From: Gemmatimonadota bacterium
GTDB taxonomy: Bacteria; Gemmatimonadota; Gemmatimonadetes; Gemmatimonadales; GWC2-71-9
Assembly (NCBI GenBank): GCA_037444345.1
Contig: JBBIMQ010000002.1
Location: 1 to 24,793 of the forward strand
Length of the DNA stretch: 24,793 nucleotides
Direction: 5' to 3'
Part shown: positions 15,331 to 24,331 of the stretch, one piece after another
How the letters are laid out: every line of letters begins with the position of its first letter
Numbering within the stretch: position 1 is the stretch's first letter
Translations under genes and position numbers: made by a program
Notes under the pieces: generated by a model
Database searches by the model: none
What the model was told of the DNA's origin: nothing
What the model saw: the letters and a program-made list of their open reading frames with translations, nothing else

Positions 15331-17277
15331 TCATTCCCGTTCCCCGGCAGTGGCCGAGATCTGTTCCGGCCGTTCCAGCAGCAGGATCGGGCCGCGTTCC
15401 GGCCGGTGCCCGAAGGGCACCGCCCGATCCACCCCCATGGCGAGGAAGAGCAGGGCCAGGTACCGGAGTGAATACTTATACATCCGCCACGCCGTCGGCG
15501 TGATCTCGCGCTCGCGGAGCAGCCTGACTGCGTACCAGCAGAGCCGCCCGCCCAGGAGCAGGGCCGCCGCGGCGTAGAACAGCCCCAGCGCCCCGATGAC
15601 CGCGGGCATGACCGTGAGCGGAAGGAGGAGCGCGGTGTAGATGAGCATCTGGACCTTGGTGTACCGCTCGCCCGCCACCACCGGCATCATCGGGATCCCG
15701 GCCCGGGCGTAGTCCTGCCGCTTCATCAAGGCCAGCGCCCAGAAGTGCGGTGGCGTCCAGAAAAAAATGATCGCGAAGAGATAGAGTGCCGCGAGGTCGA
15801 GCGACCCCGTCACCGCCGACCAGCCGACCAGGGGGGGGAAAGCCCCGGCGGCCCCTCCAATCACGATGTTCTGCGGGGAGAGCCGCTTGAGCCAGATGGT
15901 GTAGACGAAGATGTAGAACAGGTAGCCGGCCAGCGCGAGCCCGGCAGCCAACGGGTTGACCAGGTACCAGAAGATCCCGAACGCCGCCGCGCCCTGCAGC
16001 ACCCCCAGGCCCAGCGCGGCCCAGCCGGGGATGCGGCCGGCCGGGATGGGGCGGAGCCGGGTGCGGGTCATGAGCCCGTCAATGTCCCGGTCGAACCACA
16101 TGTTGACGGTGTTGGCCCCGCCGGCCATCAGATAACCTCCGACCACCACCCAGAACACGAGCGCGGGGCTCGGCGGGCCATGGTCCGTGATGATCATCGG
16201 GGCCACGGTGGTGAGGAGGAGCAGCGAGATGATCCGCGGCTTGGTGAGGGCCACCAGGTCGCCGAGGAGCGAGGGGCGGGATTCCACCGCGGGCGACTCG
16301 ACCGGTGCGGCGGGGATGGCTTCGGCCGGCATCGGGCGCTCGAGCGGGCTCCGGCTCAGCCGGAAGACCAGCACCACCAGGCTGGCCCAGATCAGGGTTC
16401 CCAGCAGCAGATGCAGCGCGCGCCACGATGGCGGGAACACCTGCAGCACCATCGCTGCCGCGACGCCGAGCTGGAGGAGGGTGAGTCCCGCCACCAGCCA
16501 GGCCGCCCGCCTCACCCCGGCGCCATACCCGATGCGGCCGCCGGCGCTGGCCCGGGCGTGCCGGGAGATCCGGGCGGCCGCCGAGAGCGCGAGCAGCGCG
16601 AACCCGAACGCGAAGATCCGGTGGATCCAGTGGATCGCCCCCTGGGTGGAAGCCGGTGGCCCCCCCCTCGTTCCCTGGCACAGGGGGAAGCCCAGGCAAT
16701 AGGGACCGGCGTGGAGGTTGGCCGTAAGCGCCCCGAACAGGATGACGATGAACCCGAACGCCGCCGTGAAGGCGGCGAGCCGTCCCGTCGGGGTGGAAAG
16801 GAGCGGAGGCGGGACAACCGGCTCCGTCACCGCTTCCTCCCTCGCGCTTCGCAGCGCCGCCACGATCAGGATCGCTAGCAAGACCATGGCGTTGAGCAGG
16901 TGAACCACGACCACCGCAGGCGGCAGCTCCAGCTTCACGATCACCGGCCCGAGCAGCACCTGGATGGCCAGCACCAGGCCCGCGAGCAGGGCGGGATTCC
17001 GAAGCTCGGGACGGTCCCGGTGGTGCCTCCAGCCCTGCCACGCGAGGTAGGCCACGGCGGCCGAGAGCAGCGCCGCGACCCACCGATGGCTGACCTCGAT
17101 CAGCGTGGGGAGGTCGAGGGGGGGGAACCACTCGCCGTCGCAGAGGGGCCAGTGGTCGCCGCAGCCCATGCCCGAGCCCGTGATCCGCACCACCCCGCCC
17201 AACACGATCAGGCCCGCGGTGAGCGCCGCGGCGAGCACTGCGGTCCGATGGTACCGTCTGGGATGCTGCTGTGTCAT
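15331..17277 (-). CDS. ctaA-ctaB: Fused heme A synthase (CtaA/COX15) and heme O synthase (CtaB/CyoE, protoheme IX farnesyltransferase)
   Basis: SD GAGGTG. N-half: GMGCGDHWPLC, IEVSHR, VHLLN, CLGFPLC, HWIHR, ALHLLLG. Pro-rich linker. C-half: LTKPR, NMWFDRDIDGLMTRTRLRPIPAG, KRLSPQNIVIGGAAGAFPPLVGW, WTPPHFWAL. One uninterrupted frame. Confidence 0.92.
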   Translation of the reverse strand: MTQQHPRRYHRTAVLAAALTAGLIVLGGVVRITGSGMGCGDHWPLCDGEWFPPLDLPTLIEVSHRWVAALLSAAVAYLAWQGWRHHRDRPELRNPALLAGLVLAIQVLLGPVIVKLELPPAVVVVHLLNAMVLLAILIVAALRSAREEAVTEPVVPPPLLSTPTGRLAAFTAAFGFIVILFGALTANLHAGPYCLGFPLCQGTRGGPPASTQGAIHWIHRIFAFGFALLALSAAARISRHARASAGGRIGYGAGVRRAAWLVAGLTLLQLGVAAAMVLQVFPPSWRALHLLLGTLIWASLVVLVFRLSRSPLERPMPAEAIPAAPVESPAVESRPSLLGDLVALTKPRIISLLLLTTVAPMIITDHGPPSPALVFWVVVGGYLMAGGANTVNMWFDRDIDGLMTRTRLRPIPAGRIPGWAALGLGVLQGAAAFGIFWYLVNPLAAGLALAGYLFYIFVYTIWLKRLSPQNIVIGGAAGAFPPLVGWSAVTGSLDLAALYLFAIIFFWTPPHFWALALMKRQDYARAGIPMMPVVAGERYTKVQMLIYTALLLPLTVMPAVIGALGLFYAAAALLLGGRLCWYAVRLLREREITPTAWRMYKYSLRYLALLFLAMGVDRAVPFGHRPERGPILLLERPEQISATAGERE

Positions 17278-17622
17278 TTCACCTCGCTCCCCGTCGGGCG
17301 ACAGGTCGCTGCCGGCACGCCCCGTGGCCGGGCCGTCCGAAGCAGCGCCCGGGGCCGGCCATGAGACCTCCTGGCACGCCTCGACGCCAGGGGTTCACGG
17401 CCGGCGCCCTCGCCGCTCGGCTCCCGGGCCCGTCAGAGACACGACACCGGTGCCGTTTGCCGCGGACAAAGAACACGCCGGCCCTGGGCGGTGTCAAGCC
17501 GAAGCCTCGCGCCGGACCCGTAACTGGCGCAACCTGCCGAACCTGCCCACATTTCCGTCGCCATTCGCCCTCTGGCGGTGCCCTGGTCCACAGGGTGCCC
17601 GCTCCGCAACCTCGAACCCTCG

Positions 17623-19032
17623 ATGCAGCCAACCTACCAGCCTGACCCCTGGGGCGAACGCCTCCCCCGCCGCCTGGGCCTCTGGAGTGCCGTCGCGGTC
17701 CTGGTGGGTTCGACGATCGGCAGCGGGATCTTTCGCACCCCGGCCGTGGTGGCAGAGCGGGTGGACGATGTCCCGCTCTTCCTCCTGGCCTGGGTGCTGG
17801 GCGGCGCGGTGGCGGTGGCGGGTGCCCTGACCTATGCCGAGCTGGCGGCGGCCTTTCCACGAAGCGGCGGGATCTACGTGTTCATCCGCGAGGCCTTCGG
17901 CCCGGTCCCGGCGTTTCTCTTCGGCTGGGCCGAACTGCTGATCATCCGGCCCGGGGCCTACGGGGCCATCGCCATCACCGCGTCCGCCTACGCGCTCCGG
18001 ACCACCGGAGCGGATCCGGCCGCGCCGCTCCTGGGCGGGGCCTTCCGGGCCGAGCAGGTCCTCGGCGCCGCGCTCATCGCTGTCGTCGCCGCGGTCAACT
18101 ACTACGGCATCCACCGCGGGGCCCTGCTCCAGAATCTGAGCACGCTGTTCAAGGTCGGGGCGATGGCGGCGCTCATCGGGCTCGGTCTGGGGTTGGGTGG
18201 GGGCGGTGTGGAAGGCGTGCTGGAGCAGCGCGCCGCGGTGGGGCTTTCGCCCTTCCTGCTCGCCATGGTCTCCATTCTCTGGGCCTACGACGGGTGGGCC
18301 GATCTCGCCTTCGTGGGGGGAGAGGTGCGGGATCCCCAGCGCAATCTACCGCGGGCGCTCCTGCTCGGGACGGCGGGGGTGGTGGTGCTGTACCTGGGGG
18401 CCAACCTGGTCTACCTGTACCTCATTCCCATCGCGCAGATCAAGGAGGCAGAGCTGGTGGCCGCCGACGCGACCGAGCTCCTGATCGGCGCGGCCGGAGG
18501 CGTCGCGGTCGCGGCGGCCGTGGCGGTGAGCACGTTCGGCACCCTCAACGGCTCGATGATGACCGCGCCTCGCATCTTCTTCGCCATGGCGGAGGACCGG
18601 CTCTTCCCCGGCGCCATCGCCCGGGTGGACGGGCGCACCGGAGCGCCGACCGGCGCCATCCTGCTCTGCGCGGTCCTGGGTGTGGTGTTCGTGCTGATCC
18701 GGACCTTTCAGGAACTCGCCGACCAGTTCGTGATCGGGATCTGGCCCTTCTATGCCCTGGCGGTCGCGGCGGTCTTCGTCCTGCGGCACACCCGGCCGGA
18801 CCTTGCGCGCCCGTACCGAACCTGGGGCTATCCGGTGGTGCCGTTCGTCTTTCTGCTCGCTTCCCTCTTCCTGCTCGGCAACTACCTGGTCTCGGAGCCC
18901 ACCGCGTTCGCGGTGGACGTGGCGGTGATCCTGTCTGGGGTACCGGTCTACGCCGGCTGGAGGCGGTGGCTGGCGGCCCGGGGGAAGGCCGGATCAGCCC
19001 TGCCTAACCAGGGTTCTCGACCTCCAGACTGA
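17623..19032 (+). CDS. APC-superfamily amino-acid permease (LAT-like)
   Basis: LPRRLGL..VGSTIGSGIF, YAELAAAFPRSGGIYVF, WAYDGW, PRIFFAMAED, RPYRTWGYP; many hydrophobic segments. ATG 17623 chosen over 17578, start uncertain. Confidence 0.9.
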   Translation: MQPTYQPDPWGERLPRRLGLWSAVAVLVGSTIGSGIFRTPAVVAERVDDVPLFLLAWVLGGAVAVAGALTYAELAAAFPRSGGIYVFIREAFGPVPAFLFGWAELLIIRPGAYGAIAITASAYALRTTGADPAAPLLGGAFRAEQVLGAALIAVVAAVNYYGIHRGALLQNLSTLFKVGAMAALIGLGLGLGGGGVEGVLEQRAAVGLSPFLLAMVSILWAYDGWADLAFVGGEVRDPQRNLPRALLLGTAGVVVLYLGANLVYLYLIPIAQIKEAELVAADATELLIGAAGGVAVAAAVAVSTFGTLNGSMMTAPRIFFAMAEDRLFPGAIARVDGRTGAPTGAILLCAVLGVVFVLIRTFQELADQFVIGIWPFYALAVAAVFVLRHTRPDLARPYRTWGYPVVPFVFLLASLFLLGNYLVSEPTAFAVDVAVILSGVPVYAGWRRWLAARGKAGSALPNQGSRPPD

Positions 19033-19858
19033 TATCGGCCGCAGCCGCGCTGTGCGTCAGGGCACCCACCGAGATCCAGTCCGCCCCGGCCTCCGCGTAT
19101 TCCCGAACATTGGCGAGCGTGATGCCGCCGGTCGCCTCGATCTCGATGCCCGGTGCGAGGCGGCGGGCGAGGTCCGCCCACCGGCGAACCGTGTCCGCCG
19201 GCTGGTTGTCAACCAGAAGCCGGCTGGCGCCGGCGCGGCAGGCCTCCTCCACCTGCGCCGGGCTCTCCACCTCGACGTAACACGCCGCGGCCCCGCGGCG
19301 ACGCGCCTCGGCGAGCGCGTCGGCCAGGCCTCGCCCGCTCTGGCGGAGCGCCCGCCAGTGATTGTCCTTCACCAGGACGGCCCGGCCCAGATCGAGCCGG
19401 TGCTCAAAGCCGCCACCCGCGAGGACGCTGGCGACATCGAAGAGCCGCAGTCCCGGCGCCGTCTTTCGGGTGTGAAGAATGCGGCTCCCGGTGCCCGCCA
19501 CCGCCTCGACGAAGCGCCGGGTCAGGGTGGCGATCCCGGAGGCGCGCTGGAGCAGGTTGAGCAGCGGCCGCTCGGCCCGGAGCAACTGGCGCAGGTTGCC
19601 CCCGAGCCTGCCCACCACCGCAGGAGCCGCGATGCGGGCCCCCTCCCGCTCCGACCACTCGATCGGCCCGATCCCCGCCGCGCGCGCCACCGCGTCGGCG
19701 TACGCGGTGCCCGCCAGTACTCCGGGCTGGCGGAACTCGAGTGCAGCCCGGCTCCGTGCGTCGGGCGGAACCGTGACTTCGGTGGTGAGGTCCAGCGGGC
19801 CATCCTCCGCGAGGGCAATCTGGGCCAGCCGGGCGGCGTCGGCGAACAGGTCGTTCAC
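19004..19858 (-). CDS. nadC: Quinolinate phosphoribosyltransferase (nicotinate-nucleotide diphosphorylase)
   Basis: ALAEDG, AERPLLNLLQRASGIAT, HTRKTAPGLR, HRLDL..VLVKDNH, VEVE, LVDN, EATGGIT, ISVGALTHS. GTG start overlaps the upstream TGA (GTGA, 19855-19858). Confidence 0.93.
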   Translation of the reverse strand: MNDLFADAARLAQIALAEDGPLDLTTEVTVPPDARSRAALEFRQPGVLAGTAYADAVARAAGIGPIEWSEREGARIAAPAVVGRLGGNLRQLLRAERPLLNLLQRASGIATLTRRFVEAVAGTGSRILHTRKTAPGLRLFDVASVLAGGGFEHRLDLGRAVLVKDNHWRALRQSGRGLADALAEARRRGAAACYVEVESPAQVEEACRAGASRLLVDNQPADTVRRWADLARRLAPGIEIEATGGITLANVREYAEAGADWISVGALTHSAAAADISLEVENPG

Positions 19859-20475
19859 CGGTCTCCGCTCCTCCCTCCAGGTTCCAGCGGGATGGTGACC
19901 CCGGTGCGCTCCCAGGCGATGTGAATCGCGGTCGCGCTGTCGCGGCGGTCCGGCCGGATCGCCAGCGTCTCCACCGGCTGCGCCAGCTCGGTGACGGGCA
20001 CGACCACATGGCCCACCTCCCTGGCTCTGACGCCCGGAGAGAAGTCGTTGCCCCAGTGGCGGATGGATCGGGTCACGTAGACCGTCCACCAGGCGGGCCC
20101 CGGGCGAGCGTACAGGGCGTAGCGCCCGGCCTCGAGCCGGAGCTCGCCCAGGCGGAGGGCGCGGTTCGTGTAGAGCCGGGTGGGTTCGTTGGCGCCGAGC
20201 CGCCAGAGGCTGTCGTACGGGACCAGGCCGCCGAACACCTTGCGGCCGCGCATGGAAGGGCGCCCGTAGCAGAGCTGCACCGTTGCCTCGCCCACCCGGA
20301 AGCGTTCGGTGGCCAGCGGGCTCGCCCGGGGGCGGTAGCTGGAAGGGCTGGTCCAGTCCCTGAGGCAGGGCCCGATGGCCAGGCCCACCGGGACCAGCGA
20401 GATGCCGGTCACGACCCACGTGCCGGCCAGGACGATGCCGAGCCCCGCCACGACCCAGGTTCGTCGAAGTGCCAT
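19855..20475 (-). CDS. DUF2911 domain-containing exported or membrane-anchored protein
   Basis: Hydrophobic N-terminus; RASP..V.LCYGRPSMRGRKVFGGLVPYDSLWRLGANEPT..G.YALYARP..W resembles DUF2911. Confidence 0.8.
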   Translation of the reverse strand: MALRRTWVVAGLGIVLAGTWVVTGISLVPVGLAIGPCLRDWTSPSSYRPRASPLATERFRVGEATVQLCYGRPSMRGRKVFGGLVPYDSLWRLGANEPTRLYTNRALRLGELRLEAGRYALYARPGPAWWTVYVTRSIRHWGNDFSPGVRAREVGHVVVPVTELAQPVETLAIRPDRRDSATAIHIAWERTGVTIPLEPGGRSGDR

Positions 20476-20548
20476 GACGCCGTCAGCCCTTCGTGTCGTG
20501 ATGACCGGTATCGAATGCCCCGCGCAGAGGGCCGGGCACGACGCCTGC

Positions 20549-21583
20549 TCAGTCGAGCACCCCGGGAATGGGCCTCGCGGGGCCCCGCCCCCCCAGGGCC
20601 ACCATCCGCTCGAGCGCCAGCCGGGCCCGCCGGGCGATTTCCTCGGGGACCGTGATGTGGTGGCGGTCGAGCAGCAGGGCGTCGCGGGTATTCTCGAGGG
20701 TGATCGTCTTCATGTAGGCGCAGACGGCGTCGGGGTCGGCGGGGAAGAACCGCTTGGCCGGCGCCACCTGCTGCATCCGGTGCATGATCCCGGTCTCGGT
20801 GGCCACGATGAACTCTTGGGCGGGCCGGGCCTTGACCAGGTTGATCATTTGCTCGGTGGAAGCGATGTGCACTCCGTCCGGCGAGATGTCGCCCCGGCCG
20901 ATCGCGTAGATGAGCTGGCCCGCGCAGCCGCATTCCGGATGCACCAGCACCTCGGCGCCGGGGTGGTCGTGCCGCACCCGTTCCAGGGTGTGGGGATTGA
21001 TCTCCTTGTGCACGTGACACTCGCCCAGCCAGACCTCGATCCGCCGGTGCGGCCGCTCCCGCCTGACATGAGCGCCGAGGAAAAAGTCGGGGCAGAAGAG
21101 AATCCCCTGGTCCTCCGGGATCGCATCAATGACGTCCAGCACGTTGCCGCTGGTGCAGCAGTAGTCGAGCTCCGCCTTGACCTCCGCCGTGGTGTTCACG
21201 TACCCCACGGCGATGTATCCGGGGAACTTGGCCTTCCACCGCCGCAGATCCTCGGCCGTGATCGTCGCGGCGAGCGAGCACCCCGCCCGCAAGTCCGGCA
21301 GCAGCACCCGCTTCTCCGGCGCCAGGATCGCCGCGGTCTCGGCCATGAAGTGTACCCCGCAGAAGACGATCACGTCAGCGGCGGTCGCCGCCGCCTGGCG
21401 CGACAGCCCGAGCGAATCGCCGACATAATCGGCCACGTCCTGTACCTCGGGCCGCTGGTAGTTGTGCGCCAGGAGCACCGCGTTCCGGCGGCGGGCGAGG
21501 GCGCGGATTTCCTCCTGGAGCGCCCGGATCTCGCCCGGCGAAAGCGCCCGTTCCTCGATGACCGGTAGCGGGATGGCCGTCAC
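20549..21583 (-). CDS. nadA: Quinolinate synthase (4Fe-4S)
   Basis: LAHNYQ, DYVGDSLGL, FCGVHFMAETA, AGCSLA, YVNTTAEVKA, WLGECHVH, VHPEC, VATETG, CAYMK. GTG start overlaps the nadB TGA (GTGA, 21580-21583). Confidence 0.95.
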   Translation of the reverse strand: MTAIPLPVIEERALSPGEIRALQEEIRALARRRNAVLLAHNYQRPEVQDVADYVGDSLGLSRQAAATAADVIVFCGVHFMAETAAILAPEKRVLLPDLRAGCSLAATITAEDLRRWKAKFPGYIAVGYVNTTAEVKAELDYCCTSGNVLDVIDAIPEDQGILFCPDFFLGAHVRRERPHRRIEVWLGECHVHKEINPHTLERVRHDHPGAEVLVHPECGCAGQLIYAIGRGDISPDGVHIASTEQMINLVKARPAQEFIVATETGIMHRMQQVAPAKRFFPADPDAVCAYMKTITLENTRDALLLDRHHITVPEEIARRARLALERMVALGGRGPARPIPGVLD

Positions 21584-23154
21584 GTGCGCACCAGCGGAGG
21601 GTAGTCGAGCCGGCGGTGTCCTCCCCGGCTCTCCCGGCGCCGCAGCGCGGCGTGGGTGATGAGCCGGGCCACCAGGAGCTGGTTGGTCGTGCGCCACGCC
21701 TCGGGGGGGGTGTGGCGGGCCAGGCTGGCCAGGGCCTGCTTGGCCCGGGTGAGGCCGGCCTCGGTGCGCACCACCCCCACCTCGGTGGTCATGATCCGGC
21801 GCATCGCCTCGCGGATCGGCGCGGCGGCCCGCTCGGCATCCTCCCCGGATGGGGGCCCGGGGGCGGCCGGAGGGAAGGCGGGGACCGAGTCCAGCCGGGG
21901 GGCATCACGCCACCGGTTCGCATAGCCGGCCATGCGGCGCGCCGGGACCGGCCGGACTCCCTCCCGCCAGGCCCGGTTGGCCCTGGTGTCGAGGAGGGCG
22001 CGGGCCACCCGGTCGGCGAAGACCAGCCCTTCGAGCAAGGAATTGGACGCCAGCCGGTTGGCGCCGTGAACCCCAGTGCAGGCGACCTCGCCCACGGCCC
22101 ACAGCCCCGGGCGGGTCGTGCGCCCGTCCAGGTCGGTCCGGACCCCGCCCATGGCGTAATGCAGCGCCGGCGCGACCGGGATCAGGTCCCGGGCCGGGTC
22201 CAACCCGTGGCGGTCCAGGATCGCAGAGCCGCCCGGAAACCGCTGCCTGAAATCAGGGATCTCGCGCGCGTCGAGCCAGGCCCCGCCGGTGGCATCGGCG
22301 GCCGCCACCGCCCGGGCAACCACATCCCTGGGCGCGAGCTCGCCGCGAGGATCGGCGTCGAAGGCGAAGCGGCGGCCGTCCCGATCCACCAGGATGGCGC
22401 CCGCCCCCCGCACCGCCTCCGTGATGAGTGGCGCCGGGTTCACCCCCGGCAACTTGAGCGCGGTGGGGTGAAACTGCAGGAACTCGAGGTCCCGCAACTC
22501 CGCCCCCACCCGCCAGGCCAGCGCCCAGCCATCGCCGGTCGCCACCAGCGGGTTGGTGGTGACCGCGTAGAGCTGGCCCACCCCTCCCGTCGCCAGCACC
22601 ACATCCGTCGCGGCCAGCTCCACCGCCGCCCCGTGCCGGAGCGCGATGACGCCGGTCACCCGGTAGCTGTCGTGACACAGGGCCGCGACTTCCGTGTACC
22701 GGAGGATCTCGATCAGCGGGTGCCGGCGAATGATGTCCGTCAGGAAGGCGACGAGGGCCGCACCGGTCCGGTCGCCGCCGGAATGGATGATCCGGGGGCG
22801 GGTGTGAGCCGCCTCGAGGTCGAAGCGCAACCTCCCGTCGGGCCCGCGATCGAAGACGGCGCCCATCGCCAGGAGTTCCCGGATCCGGTCCGGCCCCTCG
22901 TTGGTGAGCACCCGCACCGCCTCCGGATCCGAGAGCCCGTCCCCTGCGGCCAGGGTGTCGGCCGCGTGCAGGCTCGGACTGTCCCCGGGCCCGAGGGCCA
23001 CCGCAATCCCCCCCTGGGCCCAGGCGCTGGCGCTATCGGCGAGCAACCCCTTGGTGAGGAGCAGCGAGGGCTGCCCTTCCGCCGCCAGGCGCCACGCCGT
23101 CCAGAGCCCGGCGATGCCGGTGCCGATGATGATGGGGCGGGACGGGCCGGTCAT
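21580..23154 (-). CDS. nadB: L-aspartate oxidase
   Basis: IGTGIAGL Rossmann motif, SAWAQGGIA, EAAHTRPRIIH, EFLQFHPT, TEAVRGAG, ELAPRDVVAR, HYAMGG, GEVACTGVHGANRLASNSLLE, RESRGGH; nadA/nadC context. Confidence 0.93.
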   Translation of the reverse strand: MTGPSRPIIIGTGIAGLWTAWRLAAEGQPSLLLTKGLLADSASAWAQGGIAVALGPGDSPSLHAADTLAAGDGLSDPEAVRVLTNEGPDRIRELLAMGAVFDRGPDGRLRFDLEAAHTRPRIIHSGGDRTGAALVAFLTDIIRRHPLIEILRYTEVAALCHDSYRVTGVIALRHGAAVELAATDVVLATGGVGQLYAVTTNPLVATGDGWALAWRVGAELRDLEFLQFHPTALKLPGVNPAPLITEAVRGAGAILVDRDGRRFAFDADPRGELAPRDVVARAVAAADATGGAWLDAREIPDFRQRFPGGSAILDRHGLDPARDLIPVAPALHYAMGGVRTDLDGRTTRPGLWAVGEVACTGVHGANRLASNSLLEGLVFADRVARALLDTRANRAWREGVRPVPARRMAGYANRWRDAPRLDSVPAFPPAAPGPPSGEDAERAAAPIREAMRRIMTTEVGVVRTEAGLTRAKQALASLARHTPPEAWRTTNQLLVARLITHAALRRRESRGGHRRLDYPPLVRT

Positions 23155-23160
23155 GGGCGC

Positions 23161-23166
23161 AATATA
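23161..23166 (-). promoter_or_regulatory. Putative -10 element of a leaderless nadB transcript
   Basis: Minus strand reads TATATT-GCGCCC-ATG: exactly 6 nt between the hexamer and the ATG, and no SD. Confidence 0.55.
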
Positions 23167-23245
23167 TCCGGCAGCCGGGGATCGGGCGATTGACGCCGTG
23201 CCCGCCGTCGAGGGCCCATCCTCGGGATCCTCCGGGATGCCTCTC

Positions 23246-24331
23246 CTACGTTCTGACCCTGGCCAGGAGCCAGATCCCCGCCCCCAGGAAGATCAGATTG
23301 GGCGTCCAGGCGGCCGCGACCGGGTTCATGACGCCGCTTGCTCCGACCGCCTTCGAGAGCTGGATGAGCGAGAGAAAGGTTACCGTGGTCCCCAGGCTGA
23401 TCGCGATCCCGATCGCGGTGCCCTGGCGGGGGGAGCTCATCGCGAGGGGGGCGCCGAAGAGGGCGATGATGAAACACGTCGCCGGCAAGGCCACCTTCAA
23501 CGCCCGGTCCACCTCGAGCTTGGCGGTATCGTTCCCCGACCGCTTGAGCGACGCGATGTAGCGCGACAGCTCGGCATACCGCATCTCCTCGGGGGCTTTG
23601 GGTTCCACCAGGAGATCGGCCGGTTCCTCGCGCATCGCCCGGAGCCGGGCGCTCCGGAACTGCATGCTCAGCTGATCGTCCACGCCCGCTAGCCGCCGGG
23701 TCCACCCGTGGTGCAGGCGCCAGAAGCCGCGGGCATCGTCGTAGGTGGCGCTGTCCGCCGAGATCGCGAGGCTCGGGTAATCGGGCCCGCGCCCCTGCCG
23801 TTCCAGCACCACCTGGCGCAACACCCGGTCCTCCACTTCCAGGGTCCGGATCGTATAGACCCAGCCCTGGTCGGCCCGATAGACGAAGTTGTAGCGCGAG
23901 GTCTTGGGCCGGGCCTGTTTCGCCTTCTGCAGTTCGAGCTGACGGCTGGTCGCTTCCGGCGCCAGCTCCCCCACGATGTAGGCCATCCCCGAGGCGACGA
24001 GCGCCGCCAGGTAGATCGGTAGCGCCAGCCGGTGAAAGCTCTGCCCGCTCGCCTTCGCTGCCGTGAGCTCCGAGTGGCGCCCCAGGTTCCCCACCGTGAA
24101 CACGGTCGCGAAGAGGACCGCGGCCGGCATCACCAGGTAAATGTGCTCCGGCAGCGCGTACACGTAGCTCCTGACGATCTCCGAGAGCGTGAGCCCGCGG
24201 TCCAGGAGCTTCTCGAGGTTGTCCGTCAGGTTGATGAGGACCGACACGACGGGAAACCCCACTGCCGTGAGAAGGAAGATCAACACCCACGACCGGAGGA
24301 CGTATCGGTCCAGGATGCGAAATCGCCTCAC
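23246..24331 (-). CDS. lptG: LptF/LptG-family LPS export permease (second of the pair, LptG-like), 361 aa
   Basis: ILDRYVL, LLFATVFTVGNLGRHSELTAAKASG, periplasmic beta region, KVALPATCFIIALFGAP, AAWTPNLIF. GTG start overlaps the upstream TGA (24328-24331). Confidence 0.85.
   Translation of the reverse strand: MRRFRILDRYVLRSWVLIFLLTAVGFPVVSVLINLTDNLEKLLDRGLTLSEIVRSYVYALPEHIYLVMPAAVLFATVFTVGNLGRHSELTAAKASGQSFHRLALPIYLAALVASGMAYIVGELAPEATSRQLELQKAKQARPKTSRYNFVYRADQGWVYTIRTLEVEDRVLRQVVLERQGRGPDYPSLAISADSATYDDARGFWRLHHGWTRRLAGVDDQLSMQFRSARLRAMREEPADLLVEPKAPEEMRYAELSRYIASLKRSGNDTAKLEVDRALKVALPATCFIIALFGAPLAMSSPRQGTAIGIAISLGTTVTFLSLIQLSKAVGASGVMNPVAAAWTPNLIFLGAGIWLLARVRT

Noticed and set aside
15761-15838. 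A7 and G8 runs in the CtaB half as phase-variation tracts
   Set aside because: They encode conserved IFFW and FPPL residues of a housekeeping enzyme, so amino-acid constraint explains them.
17469-17497. TTGACA on the minus strand upstream of ctaA-ctaB
   Set aside because: There is no acceptable -10 hexamer at 16-18 nt (GTTCTT/TTCTTT).
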